From Steroidobacteraceae bacterium (GTDB taxonomy: Bacteria; Pseudomonadota; Gammaproteobacteria; Steroidobacterales; Steroidobacteraceae), in assembly GCA_050738595.1 (NCBI GenBank), contig JBOHZR010000141.1, positions 12,531-76,530 of the forward strand: DNA of 64,000 nucleotides. Reading direction: 5' to 3'. Within the stretch, counting starts at the first letter, position 1; each line of letters opens with the position of its first letter. Below the pieces are notes generated by a model. The model was not told where the DNA came from. It was given only the letters and a program-made list of their open reading frames with translations, and ran no database searches. A program made the translations under genes and the position numbers. Of the stretch, positions 56,199 through 64,000 are shown piece after piece.

Positions 56199-57557
56199 TC
56201 AGCTCGATGAAATGCGCTCGACGAGGTCGTAGAGCGTCGGCCGCGTCACGCCGAGCAGCTCCGCGGCCCTCGACATGTTGCCGCCTGCGACCGCGAGCGC
56301 ACGCTGTATAGCCTGAGCCTCGGCACGCTGGCGAATCTCCCTGAGCGGGAGCAGTTGGGAATCGGCCTGCTCCGCAGGCGGCTCGAGGGAGAGGTCCTTC
56401 GGGGTGACGAGCTTGCCTTCCATCATGATGGCCGCGGCGTTGATCCGGTTCTCGAGCTCGCGCACGTTGCCGGCCCAAGTGTGTTTCTCGATCGCCGCAA
56501 TGGCATCGGGGGAAAGCTTCGGCAGCGGCCGGCCGTGCCGCTTGCAGGCCTGCTGCAGCAGATAGTTGGCGATGAGCATGGCATCGGACCCCCGCTCGCG
56601 CAGCGGCGGAATCGGAACGGACACCTCACTCAAGCGATAGTAAAGGTCCTCACGGAACGCCTTCTGGGCAATGGCCGCCTGCAGGTCGCGGTTGGTCGCG
56701 GCGATGATCCGTACGTCGACCGAGATGAGCTCGCGCCCGCCGACTCGCTCGATTACGCGCTCCTGCAGGAAGCGGAGCAGCTTTGCCTGCAAGGCGAGCG
56801 GCATATCGCCGATCTCATCGAGGAAAAGCGTGCCCCCGTCGGCGGTCTCGATCTTGCCCTTGGTTTGCTTGACGGCCCCCGTGAAAGCGCCGCGCTCGTA
56901 ACCGAAGAGCTCGCTCTCGAGCAGGTTCTCCGGAATTGCCGCGCAATTGATGGCCACCATGGGCTTCGCCGCCCGCGTGCTCAGAGTATGGAGCGCGCGC
57001 GCGAGCCGCTCCTTTCCAGTGCCGCTCTCCCCGAGAAGGAGCACGGTGGCCTCGGTGGGGGCGAGCTTCTGGATCATGCGGCAGACTTTGAGCATGGACT
57101 CGCTCGCCGCGATCACCCCGTCGAGCGCGCCGGAACCGCTCGCCACCAGCCGATGATTCTCGGTCTCGAGGTCATGGATGCGCCGGGCACGCTCTACGAT
57201 CATCGTGAGCAGCTCCGTATCGACCGGCTTCTGGCAGAAGTCGTACGCGCCCGAGCGTATCGCGCGCAGGGCGTGCTCGCGCCCCTCCCGCCCGGTCACG
57301 ACGATGATCTTTGCACGCGGGGCGGCATGCAGAATGTCCGCGATCGTCGCGAATCCCTCCTCCACCCCGTTTGGGTCCGGCGGCAGGCCGAGGTCCTGCA
57401 GCACGATCGCGGGCTCGTTGCGTCGCAGGGCGACCATCGCTTCTTCACGCGTCGAGGCGCAGTCCACCTCGAACCCATCCAGCGCCCACTTCAGCTGGCG
57501 CTGCAAGCCCGGGTCATCCTCGACCACGAGTAGTCTAGTTCGCTCGTCGGAGCTCAT
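56199..57557 (-). CDS. prsR: PEP-CTERM-box response regulator, sigma-54-dependent transcription factor
   Basis: ORF trimmed to the ATG at aa 87 ([15 protein letters not shown]). Receiver domain, AAA+ sigma-54 interaction domain ([29 protein letters not shown]) and a Fis-type HTH ([25 protein letters not shown]). Confidence 0.9.
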   Translation of the reverse strand: MSSDERTRLLVVEDDPGLQRQLKWALDGFEVDCASTREEAMVALRRNEPAIVLQDLGLPPDPNGVEEGFATIADILHAAPRAKIIVVTGREGREHALRAIRSGAYDFCQKPVDTELLTMIVERARRIHDLETENHRLVASGSGALDGVIAASESMLKVCRMIQKLAPTEATVLLLGESGTGKERLARALHTLSTRAAKPMVAINCAAIPENLLESELFGYERGAFTGAVKQTKGKIETADGGTLFLDEIGDMPLALQAKLLRFLQERVIERVGGRELISVDVRIIAATNRDLQAAIAQKAFREDLYYRLSEVSVPIPPLRERGSDAMLIANYLLQQACKRHGRPLPKLSPDAIAAIEKHTWAGNVRELENRINAAAIMMEGKLVTPKDLSLEPPAEQADSQLLPLREIRQRAEAQAIQRALAVAGGNMSRAAELLGVTRPTLYDLVERISSS

Positions 57558-59622
57558 GGGCCATCCCGATCTCGCGCGGCGCAAGCGCCGGTGCGAGGGG
57601 CAAATGAATGGTGAACGTCGTTCCGCGGCCCGGCGCGCTTTGCACTTCGACGCTGCCGCCGCATTTGCGCACGAACTCCCGGGCCTCATACGCGCCGATG
57701 CCGAAACCGCGCTCGCCCTTGGTGGTGTCGAACGGGCGAAAGAGGCGCTGGCGAATGAATTCCGGGTCCATTCCCGCACCGGTGTCGGCCACATCGATCG
57801 TCGCCCTCGGCCCAACCGCGCGCAGCCGCACCGTCACCGTTCCGCCTGCGGGTGTTGCGTCCTGGCCGTTGCGAATGACGTGCTCCAGGACGTGCAGGAG
57901 GCGCTCCCGACTGGCCATCACTTCCACAGCGCGGTCGTGCACTTCGAGCACCGGCGTCGGCTCCTGTCCCGAGCAGCGCTTCACGGACTCCGCGCAGAGC
58001 TCGGCGAGCTCGATCCGATGGGTCTGCTCGGTGAACACCCCGCTCCGCAGCTCCTCCATCAGGCGCGTCATGCGCTTCACGGAGTTATCGATCGTGAGGA
58101 TCGCATCGTCGAAGAACTCGGGATTGCCCCGATGGCGCGCGGCATTCTGGACGACGAGCGCCTGCTGCGCGATGAGGTGCCTCAGATCGTGCATCAGAAC
58201 CGTCGAGACGCGATGGATGGCCTCGAACTGCTGTGCCTCGGCGAGGCGCTTCGCAGCCTGCTCGAATGCGAGGAAGCTCGCGATCTGACGCCCCGCGGCC
58301 TTGAGCAGGTCGAGCTCTTCCCAGGCGAGCCGCACTGCCGCGAGCGGCTGGCCGATGGCTACGAATCCGATGAGCGCGTTCTCACAGATGAGGGGCATGA
58401 TCAGCCAGATCCGCGGATTCGCGAGCATCCATGCGGGGGGCTGCAACACCGGCCCGCGAACGTTCGCTCGCGGCGGACTGCGCGCTTCCTCGAGGTCGCA
58501 CACCCATTCATTCTGAAGAAGGCGATCGAAGAATTCCCGGCATTCGGTCTCACGCGGCGCACTCGGCGGCGCCAGATCGCCACCGGCCGGCACGTAGGCG
58601 CCCCCAGCATCCTTGAGCCACAATCCGCCGTTTGCGGAATTGACGAATCCCGCAACGATCTGTGCGATTCGATCATAGAGCGGCGTCTCGCTCGATTCGG
58701 ACAGAGCACGGGTGAGTTTTTGCCACTCCTTGCGGTAGTCATATCGGTAGGGGAACAGATACTTCGCCACGGTCACGCGCGACCAGGCGCGAAACTGCTC
58801 GGAGAGCACGGCGACCGCCAGGACGAGTGCGCCGGCCGCGAGAAAGAGGAGCTGGCCGGCGCCGCCCCACGATCCGCCGTAGTGTCGGATGTAATAGCCG
58901 CCGACAGCCATGGCAAGGACATAGAGCGAGGCGGCGAGAAGCGTGGCGTTGAAGAAGACGACCCGCGGTGAGAGGAATGCCGCCGATTCCCACGTGCGAA
59001 TCCGCGTCAGTCCAACGGCGAGCAGACCGCCGACCAGCGCGTTGACGAAGCCTCTTGCGACCCAGAAATCCTCCGCCGCGCTGCCGTGAAGCATCGCAAT
59101 CGAAAACAGACACAGGTCCCAGCCATAAAGCGCGCCGATGCCGAGCCAGAGGTACTTGAGAGTCCACCGGTGCGCCGAGCGAGTGTTGCGAGCGACCTGC
59201 TCGACCAGCACGAGGCCGGCTATGGCGAGCGCGAAGCTGCCCCAGTACCCATAGCGCTCGAGGAAGCGGGATGTGCTCGAAGTCTCGCCCAGCAGGAAGC
59301 TGCCGGCCATGGCGACGATGACCATGAGGACGAGCGCTGCCACCGCACGCTGGATCGCGCGAAGGGTGCCCGGGTGAGCCGAGGCGCGCAGGCAACGCGT
59401 GAGCACGAGAGCCCAGGCCAGCTCCCGAAGATATTCGACCCCGATCGATAGACCCACCGGAGGACGCTCTCCGGTTCCCTCCAGGGCCAGCACGATGGAC
59501 CATACGAGCTGTGTGCCGATCGCTGTCGCGAGACCGGAACCCGTCAGGCGGCGCTGCCAGATGCTGAGACAGGCCGCGAGCAGTAGCGCATAGACCGCCG
59601 CGGAGAGAAAGTAGCTCAACAT
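57535..59622 (-). CDS. prsK: PEP-CTERM system sensor histidine kinase
   Basis: 695 aa. Multi-span N-terminal membrane domain, a GAF-like middle, H-box VLMHDLRHLIAQ, and an ATPase domain (VADTGAGMDPEF, ERGFGIGAYEAREF). Confidence 0.85.
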   Translation of the reverse strand: MLSYFLSAAVYALLLAACLSIWQRRLTGSGLATAIGTQLVWSIVLALEGTGERPPVGLSIGVEYLRELAWALVLTRCLRASAHPGTLRAIQRAVAALVLMVIVAMAGSFLLGETSSTSRFLERYGYWGSFALAIAGLVLVEQVARNTRSAHRWTLKYLWLGIGALYGWDLCLFSIAMLHGSAAEDFWVARGFVNALVGGLLAVGLTRIRTWESAAFLSPRVVFFNATLLAASLYVLAMAVGGYYIRHYGGSWGGAGQLLFLAAGALVLAVAVLSEQFRAWSRVTVAKYLFPYRYDYRKEWQKLTRALSESSETPLYDRIAQIVAGFVNSANGGLWLKDAGGAYVPAGGDLAPPSAPRETECREFFDRLLQNEWVCDLEEARSPPRANVRGPVLQPPAWMLANPRIWLIMPLICENALIGFVAIGQPLAAVRLAWEELDLLKAAGRQIASFLAFEQAAKRLAEAQQFEAIHRVSTVLMHDLRHLIAQQALVVQNAARHRGNPEFFDDAILTIDNSVKRMTRLMEELRSGVFTEQTHRIELAELCAESVKRCSGQEPTPVLEVHDRAVEVMASRERLLHVLEHVIRNGQDATPAGGTVTVRLRAVGPRATIDVADTGAGMDPEFIRQRLFRPFDTTKGERGFGIGAYEAREFVRKCGGSVEVQSAPGRGTTFTIHLPLAPALAPREIGMAHELRRAN

Positions 59623-59763
59623 CGCGTGATCCTAATGCAGAAGGGCCGCATCTGCGCCAGGAGTTAGGGGAGGAGCCGTCGGTCCGTCGGGATGTGTCCG
59701 CTCACCCAAGCGTACTGTCGAGATGCTTTACAGCACCTGATGCGGGGAAGCGTTCCATGGCGT

Positions 59764-59776
59764 TAACTAATTGATT
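59764..59776 (-). promoter_or_regulatory. IHF-like site upstream of the first PEP-CTERM promoter
   Basis: The reverse complement reads AATCAATTAGTTA, which fits WATCAANNNNTTR at every specified position. It lies in an AT-rich patch about 20 nt upstream of the -24 element. Confidence 0.35.
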
Positions 59777-59795
59777 AATAATATTTTTTGTACGT

Positions 59796-59811
59796 TGGCA
59801 TCGGGTTTGCT
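59796..59811 (+). promoter_or_regulatory. sigma-54 (-24/-12) promoter of PEP-CTERM gene 1
   Basis: TGGCATCGGGTTTGCT, with GG and GC exactly 12 nt apart as in TGGCACG-N4-TTGCW. About 40 nt upstream of ATG 59851. PrsR, a sigma-54 activator, is encoded immediately upstream. Confidence 0.7.
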
Positions 59812-59850
59812 TTAAGACTGCCGACGACCCGTCTACATCGCGGAAGGAAA

Positions 59851-60543
59851 ATGAATATGAAAGTCTTTGCCTCAAGGCTCGCCCTAGCGACGGCCATGCT
59901 CGGTGCCGGGGGATTGGCGGCCACTTCAGCCCATGCGGACACCATCACGATCGGGCTCGGGATCAATGGCGGCGCAATCACCACTGAGGCCAGTGGTTCG
60001 GGCAACGCCGCTTTCAGCGGATCATTCGGCGGTTTTGCCGTTAACAACGTCAGTGGGACCGGCAACCCGCCGCTGTCCTCCCCCGTCATCGAGAACACGA
60101 ACAGCCTTAACGTGTCCACGAGCGGTACGGGGAACGTGCTCGATGTCTACGTGACTGAACAGGGGCTTACGACTCCCCTGGGTGCAGCGGTGGACTTCCT
60201 GAGCTCCTTTACCGAGAACCTCGGCGGAATCACAGCGGGTTGGTCGGTGGACGAGTCGACTTATCTCGACACCGGGAACGGACTGTTCTCCCTGACCACA
60301 GCGCTCGGAAGCCAGACGTATACCTCCGGCGGATTCAACGTGCAGTCCACGTTGGCGAATACGGGTGCGGGCCCCTACTCGATCACCGCCGAGTATGTGA
60401 TCACGCCACACAGCATTAGCGGGTCGGACAATTCAACGATCAACGTGAGTGTCCCCGAGCCCGCGACGTTTGCGCTCTTCGGTGCGTCGCTCCTCGGCTG
60501 CGCACTCTTCCTGGGCCGCCGCCGCCGCTCACTGACCCTGTGA
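59851..60543 (+). CDS. PEP-CTERM sorting-domain protein 1
   Basis: ORF trimmed to the ATG at aa 22, with GGAAGGAAA upstream. Signal peptide MNMKVFASRLALATAMLGAGGLAATSAHA. The C-terminus has VPEP, a hydrophobic span and RRRR. Confidence 0.85.
   Translation: MNMKVFASRLALATAMLGAGGLAATSAHADTITIGLGINGGAITTEASGSGNAAFSGSFGGFAVNNVSGTGNPPLSSPVIENTNSLNVSTSGTGNVLDVYVTEQGLTTPLGAAVDFLSSFTENLGGITAGWSVDESTYLDTGNGLFSLTTALGSQTYTSGGFNVQSTLANTGAGPYSITAEYVITPHSISGSDNSTINVSVPEPATFALFGASLLGCALFLGRRRRSLTL
60451..60540 (+). other. PEP-CTERM sorting signal (coding)
   Basis: VPEPATFALFGASLLGCALFLGRRRRSLTL. Confidence 0.85.
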
Positions 60544-60574
60544 CAAAAAGAACGCTGTAGACGGCGTCAACGAG

Positions 60575-60602
60575 ACGGCCCCTTCGGGGGCCGTTCTCTT
60601 TT
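60575..60602 (+). terminator. rho-independent terminator after PEP-CTERM gene 1
   Basis: ACGGCCCC-TTCG-GGGGCCGT: an 8-bp GC-rich stem with a tetraloop, followed by TCTCTTTT. Starts 32 nt after the stop codon. Confidence 0.75.
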
Positions 60603-60876
60603 GACGATGTCGAACCTCTTTACAGCGCAGGGCCGACGAATCGTGCGGAAGTTCAAGGGCCCTTATGCAAATCCGCAGGTCGATGAGTTCACGCTCACCA
60701 TCACGGGCATCAACGGCCCGTCGGGCGGACGGGCTAGCGCACACCCGGTGCGCCGCTTATGGTGCGTTTGCCGGCCCGCTTCGTCGCGATCGCCCTGCCT
60801 GCGGATTGGCGTCGATGGTTCTTACAGAGCACCCACAAGCACGCCATAAGCCTCTGATTACGCGAGAAGATTAATT

Positions 60877-60892
60877 TGGCATCGGATTTGCT
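60877..60892 (+). promoter_or_regulatory. sigma-54 (-24/-12) promoter of PEP-CTERM gene 2
   Basis: TGGCATCGGATTTGCT. Identical at 17 of 19 positions to the 59795-59813 promoter. About 64 nt upstream of ATG 60955. Confidence 0.7.
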
Positions 60893-60954
60893 TGGTTTTC
60901 TGCAGCGCATCAGTCATTGTGCCGTGCGAACCGGAATCAAAAGCAAATGAGCAA

Positions 60955-61623
60955 ATGAACATCCGCAATACGCTACCCGCACTCGCCGCAGTCCTCGCGG
61001 TGGCCACATCCGCGGCATTCGCGACGACACCGCCGTACACGTTGACGGGCAGCTATACGATCTCGGAGGACGACGACTACAGCAAGTCGCAAGGCGGACC
61101 GCAGATAACCGACCAGCTGAGTGACCCCCTTGATGTCAGCCTGACGCCCGGAAAGGAAACGACGCCCACGGACTTCTTCACCGCGAGCCCCTACCCCTCA
61201 TGCAAGGGTGCGTGCCGCGGAGGAACCCTGAACGATCCGATGAGTATCGTCTTCAACGATCTCGACGTTTCCGGGATCGGCGAGATTCCGCAGCTCTCGG
61301 TAACCGGGACCTTTACAGCGAAGTACTCGGGTTCCGAGCTGCCGTGCGCGAAAGGCGATAAGGGTTCGCCTTCCTCAGGCAAGACGGATTGTTTCCTGTG
61401 GACGGGCGCCGGGAACAACTACAACGGGTCCACGATGCTGAGCGCGAGCCTCGGCGACGGCTATGACCTGGATATCTTCCTTTACAATGCGGCGGACTGG
61501 AACGTCACACCGACGATCGGCTTCCAGATCGTGACCGTTCCGGAGCCGGCCACCCTCGCGCTCTTCGCCGCGGGCTTGCTGGCCCTCGGCTGGGGCGCAA
61601 GCCGTCGCAGAAGCGAGAGCTGA
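60955..61623 (+). CDS. PEP-CTERM sorting-domain protein 2
   Basis: ORF trimmed to the ATG at aa 22. Signal peptide MNIRNTLPALAAVLAVATSAAFA and a PEP-CTERM C-terminus. Confidence 0.85.
   Translation: MNIRNTLPALAAVLAVATSAAFATTPPYTLTGSYTISEDDDYSKSQGGPQITDQLSDPLDVSLTPGKETTPTDFFTASPYPSCKGACRGGTLNDPMSIVFNDLDVSGIGEIPQLSVTGTFTAKYSGSELPCAKGDKGSPSSGKTDCFLWTGAGNNYNGSTMLSASLGDGYDLDIFLYNAADWNVTPTIGFQIVTVPEPATLALFAAGLLALGWGASRRRSES
61537..61620 (+). other. PEP-CTERM sorting signal (coding)
   Basis: VPEPATLALFAAGLLALGWGASRRRSES. Confidence 0.85.
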
Positions 61624-62238
61624 GTTCCTCAACCCTACGCTCACGCCCCGCGCAGCGAGCTCCTTCGGGGAAAACTCGGAAAGAATGCCTCTCGCCGAGG
61701 AGCCCCGCATGACGCGGCGGCCTCTCTGTGCTCAGTCGCGAAACAGCATGTCCGCCGAGCTCGCGCGTCCTCGAGCGCCATTGGTCGTACTACGACGCTG
61801 CTTTTGCTGACATCGGGTTGGCTTCGAACAAGGTCCCACGTGGTGAAGTCCTTCTGACTGCGACGCCGAAGCGTGCGGCGCCAGAGGACCAGGACACGGC
61901 ATTGGCGGCCCGTGCTCCCGCTGCGCATGCTGACCATCGACTACGAGGCTCTGGTCGCGGATCTGGAGCGCGAGAGTCGTCAGCCTTCCTCGTTATGACC
62001 GGGCGTTGAGGAGGCCCGCCCGCCTAACTCATTGCGCTGGGCACAGACACCATGAGCTCGGACGCGCGTCGGGCATTCTTACGAGCACGACGCGACATTC
62101 AGATTGATTTGACGTAACCGGCGCTGCTAACTGGCGTACCTCTTTGATTCTATTTGAAATCCATCCTGCCGCGCACGCGACGTGCAAGGTATGACGCGTC
62201 ACCATCTATCACCGGCAACGGGCCGGGGGAACTGAGAA

Positions 62239-63015
62239 ATGCGTCACAAGAGAGAACTCGCCCTGCTCGGCTGCCTCATCGCGGGGACCTTGTGCGCTCC
62301 GCTCGTCGCGCAGGCCAGCGACATCGTTTCGATGGAGCTGACGAACGCCGGACCCGGGAATCTGGGCGGCGTTTATACGAGTCCTTATGAAGGCGTCATC
62401 GGCCCCGCAGGAATCACTAGCCAGTCGGGATTCACGTCGAGCAACTCTCAACTCGTTGCCATCTACTGCGACGACTTCGCGACGCACGTCAGTATCGGCG
62501 ATATCTGGCAGGCGGTCGTCACCCAGCTGAGCACACTGCAGGGCCAAAGCACGCCGGATCAGACCCTGAAGTTTGACACCGCGCCGGGAGATGCGACCAA
62601 GCAGGAGGATGACTATATGGCGGCGGCCCTCCTCGCCGAGCAGATCGCGGGGATCAACGAGTCCTCGCAGCAGGCCGAGCTGCTGAGCTATGCACTCTGG
62701 GGAATCTTCGACAACTCCGCGCTCGATGCGCTGGGCTCACACACCGGCTACGATTATGAGACCGCGGATCAGTACATGCAGTCGGCCCTGAACACGGCGG
62801 GGAGTGACACCCCAGACGAGTTCTCGAACGTCTACATCTATACGCCGTACAATCCGACCCAGCCGAATGACGGCAAGGGCGATAGCCAGGAGTATCTGGT
62901 GATCGTCCCGAAGACTGTGCCCGAGCCCGGCACGTTCGCATTGTTCGCAGCGGGTCTGATGGGGCTTGGTGTGCTGCTGCGCCGCCGGCGGGTATTGACC
63001 GCCGCCGTCTCGTAG
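62239..63015 (+). CDS. PEP-CTERM sorting-domain protein 3
   Basis: 258 aa. Signal peptide MRHKRELALLGCLIAGTLCAPLVAQA and a PEP-CTERM C-terminus. Confidence 0.85.
   Translation: MRHKRELALLGCLIAGTLCAPLVAQASDIVSMELTNAGPGNLGGVYTSPYEGVIGPAGITSQSGFTSSNSQLVAIYCDDFATHVSIGDIWQAVVTQLSTLQGQSTPDQTLKFDTAPGDATKQEDDYMAAALLAEQIAGINESSQQAELLSYALWGIFDNSALDALGSHTGYDYETADQYMQSALNTAGSDTPDEFSNVYIYTPYNPTQPNDGKGDSQEYLVIVPKTVPEPGTFALFAAGLMGLGVLLRRRRVLTAAVS
62917..63012 (+). other. PEP-CTERM sorting signal (coding)
   Basis: VPEPGTFALFAAGLMGLGVLLRRRRVLTAAVS. Confidence 0.85.
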
Positions 63016-63028
63016 CCCACTGCACGCG

Positions 63029-64000
63029 CTATAGTCGCCCGTCGACCTCCGCGGCCGGAAATACGTGCTTGATGTCGTAGAGCACGTGGTTCTTGCGACA
63101 GAGCCGGCGCACTCCGCCGGCTCCGAGATCGCGAAATTCCCGGTGCGCCACCGCCATCACGGCGGCATCGTAGCCGTTGCGCTCGAGTGAGCGAGTGAGG
63201 CGCAGACCGTACTCGTGGCGGCACTCGCTCCCGTCGGCCCAGGGGTCGTAAATGTCGATGTTCGCCCCGTATTTCTGCAGCTCGCGCACGACGTCGACCA
63301 CCTTCGAGTTGCGGATGTCGGGGCAGTTTTCCTTGAAGGTGATCCCGAGCACGAGCGCGCGTGCCCCGTTGATCTGAATGCGTTTGAGCGTCATGAGCTT
63401 CACGATCTCCCCCGCGACGTAGATCGGCATGTTGTCGTTGAGTCGACGTCCGGCGAGGATCATCTCCGGGTGATAGCCGATCTCCTGCGCCTTGTGGGTG
63501 AGATAATAGGGATCGACGCCGATGCAGTGGCCGCCGACGAGGCCCGGCCTGAACGGCAGGAAGTTCCACTTCGAGCCCGCCGCCTTCAGCACCTCCTCGG
63601 TGTCGATTCCGAGGCGGTTGAAAATGAGCGCGAGCTCGTTGATGAGCGCGATATTGACGTCACGCTGGGTGTTCTCGATCACCTTGGCGGCCTCGGCCAC
63701 CTTGATGCTTGAGGCTTGGTGCGTGCCCGCCGTGATGATCGACTTGTAGAGCGCATCTACGAAATCGGCGGCCGCCGGTGTCGAGCCGGAAGTGACTTTC
63801 TTGATGGTCGTGAGCCGGTGCTCCTTGTCACCGGGATTGATGCGCTCGGGGCTGTAGCCCGCGTAGAAATCCTGGTTGAACTCGAGGCCCGATTCCTGCT
63901 CGATGATCGGCACGCATACTTCCTCGGTCGCGCCCGGGTACACCGTCGATTCGAAGATCACGATGTCGCCCTTGCCGATGGCCTTGCCGGCGATGTGGCT
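63029..64000 (-). CDS. UDP-N-acetyl-hexosamine 6-dehydrogenase-type nucleotide-sugar dehydrogenase (TviB/WbpO/CapL-like), 5' end outside the window
   Basis: The reading frame stays open to the window edge (...[19 protein letters not shown]). [40 protein letters not shown] (catalytic Cys) and [16 protein letters not shown]. Confidence 0.85.
   Translation of the reverse strand, partial: SHIAGKAIGKGDIVIFESTVYPGATEEVCVPIIEQESGLEFNQDFYAGYSPERINPGDKEHRLTTIKKVTSGSTPAAADFVDALYKSIITAGTHQASSIKVAEAAKVIENTQRDVNIALINELALIFNRLGIDTEEVLKAAGSKWNFLPFRPGLVGGHCIGVDPYYLTHKAQEIGYHPEMILAGRRLNDNMPIYVAGEIVKLMTLKRIQINGARALVLGITFKENCPDIRNSKVVDVVRELQKYGANIDIYDPWADGSECRHEYGLRLTRSLERNGYDAAVMAVAHREFRDLGAGGVRRLCRKNHVLYDIKHVFPAAEVDGRL

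Noticed and set aside
56355-58971. 392-aa and 597-aa plus-strand ORFs (56355-57533 and 57178-58971)
   Set aside because: They are antisense to prsR and prsK, which have unambiguous receiver, AAA+, HTH and HisKA/HATPase motifs.
60601-60849. 82-codon ORF between PEP-CTERM genes 1 and 2
   Set aside because: It has a TTG start inside the terminator tail, no ribosome-binding site, no recognisable family and no PEP-CTERM tail. It overlaps the hairpin pair and is probably non-coding.
61900-61995. Sulfotransferase-like pseudogene fragment
   Set aside because: The similarity rests on about 20 residues (LTIDYEALVADLERESRQ) recalled by eye, which is too short to annotate as a feature. It is kept only as a note in the spacer finding.
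62132-62147. Sigma-54-like TGGCGTACCTCTTTGA upstream of PEP-CTERM gene 3
   Set aside because: The GG to -12 spacing is off by one, and the -12 element reads TTGA rather than TTGC.
1-64000. Search for rRNA, tRNA, CRISPR arrays and long tandem or inverted repeats
   Set aside because: No cloverleaf-like or rRNA-like conserved segments, and no regularly spaced direct repeats, were noticed by eye. The non-coding space is small and is accounted for by promoters, spacers and gene remnants. A tRNAscan, Infernal or CRISPR finder run would be needed to be certain.

Overview
Visibly GC-rich (not computed), proteobacterial-type chromosomal segment. From about 9.7 kb to the right edge it is almost entirely one very large type-1 PEP-CTERM / exosortase A (XrtA) exopolysaccharide locus.

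Core genes:
- An xrtA-epsI fusion (51735-53348).
- The PrsT TPR lipoprotein (53353-56181).
- The sigma-54 two-component pair PrsR/PrsK (56199-59622).
- Three PEP-CTERM cargo genes (59851-63015). Two of them sit behind near-identical -24/-12 promoters.
- A tightly packed 12-gene minus-strand assembly/export operon (35186-50517). It encodes a Wza-like exporter, a chain-length determinant, a BY-kinase with a Tyr cluster, an outer-membrane protein, a FemAB-like protein, four GT-B glycosyltransferases (three GT4, one stp1-type), an AlgD-like GDP-mannose dehydrogenase, an AsnB amidotransferase and a CapK-like ligase.

Most unusual content: carrier-protein chemistry embedded in the EPS locus.
- There are four stand-alone ACPs, five adenylate-forming enzymes and two paralogous ligase/PLP-decarboxylase pairs.
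- There is an ACP plus two alpha/beta-hydrolases with atypical nucleophile elbows.
- A complete cobalamin-dependent glutamate (methylaspartate) mutase set (S, E and L subunits) is translationally coupled to an ACP, a ligase and a decarboxylase (17992-24257). This is the enzyme logic of ACP-tethered beta-amino-acid starter pathways of macrolactam antibiotics, here in a polysaccharide/exosortase context.

Other content:
- The left 8 kb holds a second acyl-carrier cluster: ACP, esterase, SnoaL-like protein, FATP-type synthetase, and an ACP-ligase-SDR operon.
- Degraded mobile elements are present: an IS66-like fragment, a multi-frameshifted large serine recombinase and an IS110 stub.
- No rRNA, tRNA or CRISPR array was recognised.

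Limits: many long ORFs in the track are antisense shadows of real genes, as expected in GC-rich DNA, and were rejected. All family calls are by-eye motif recognition, not searches.
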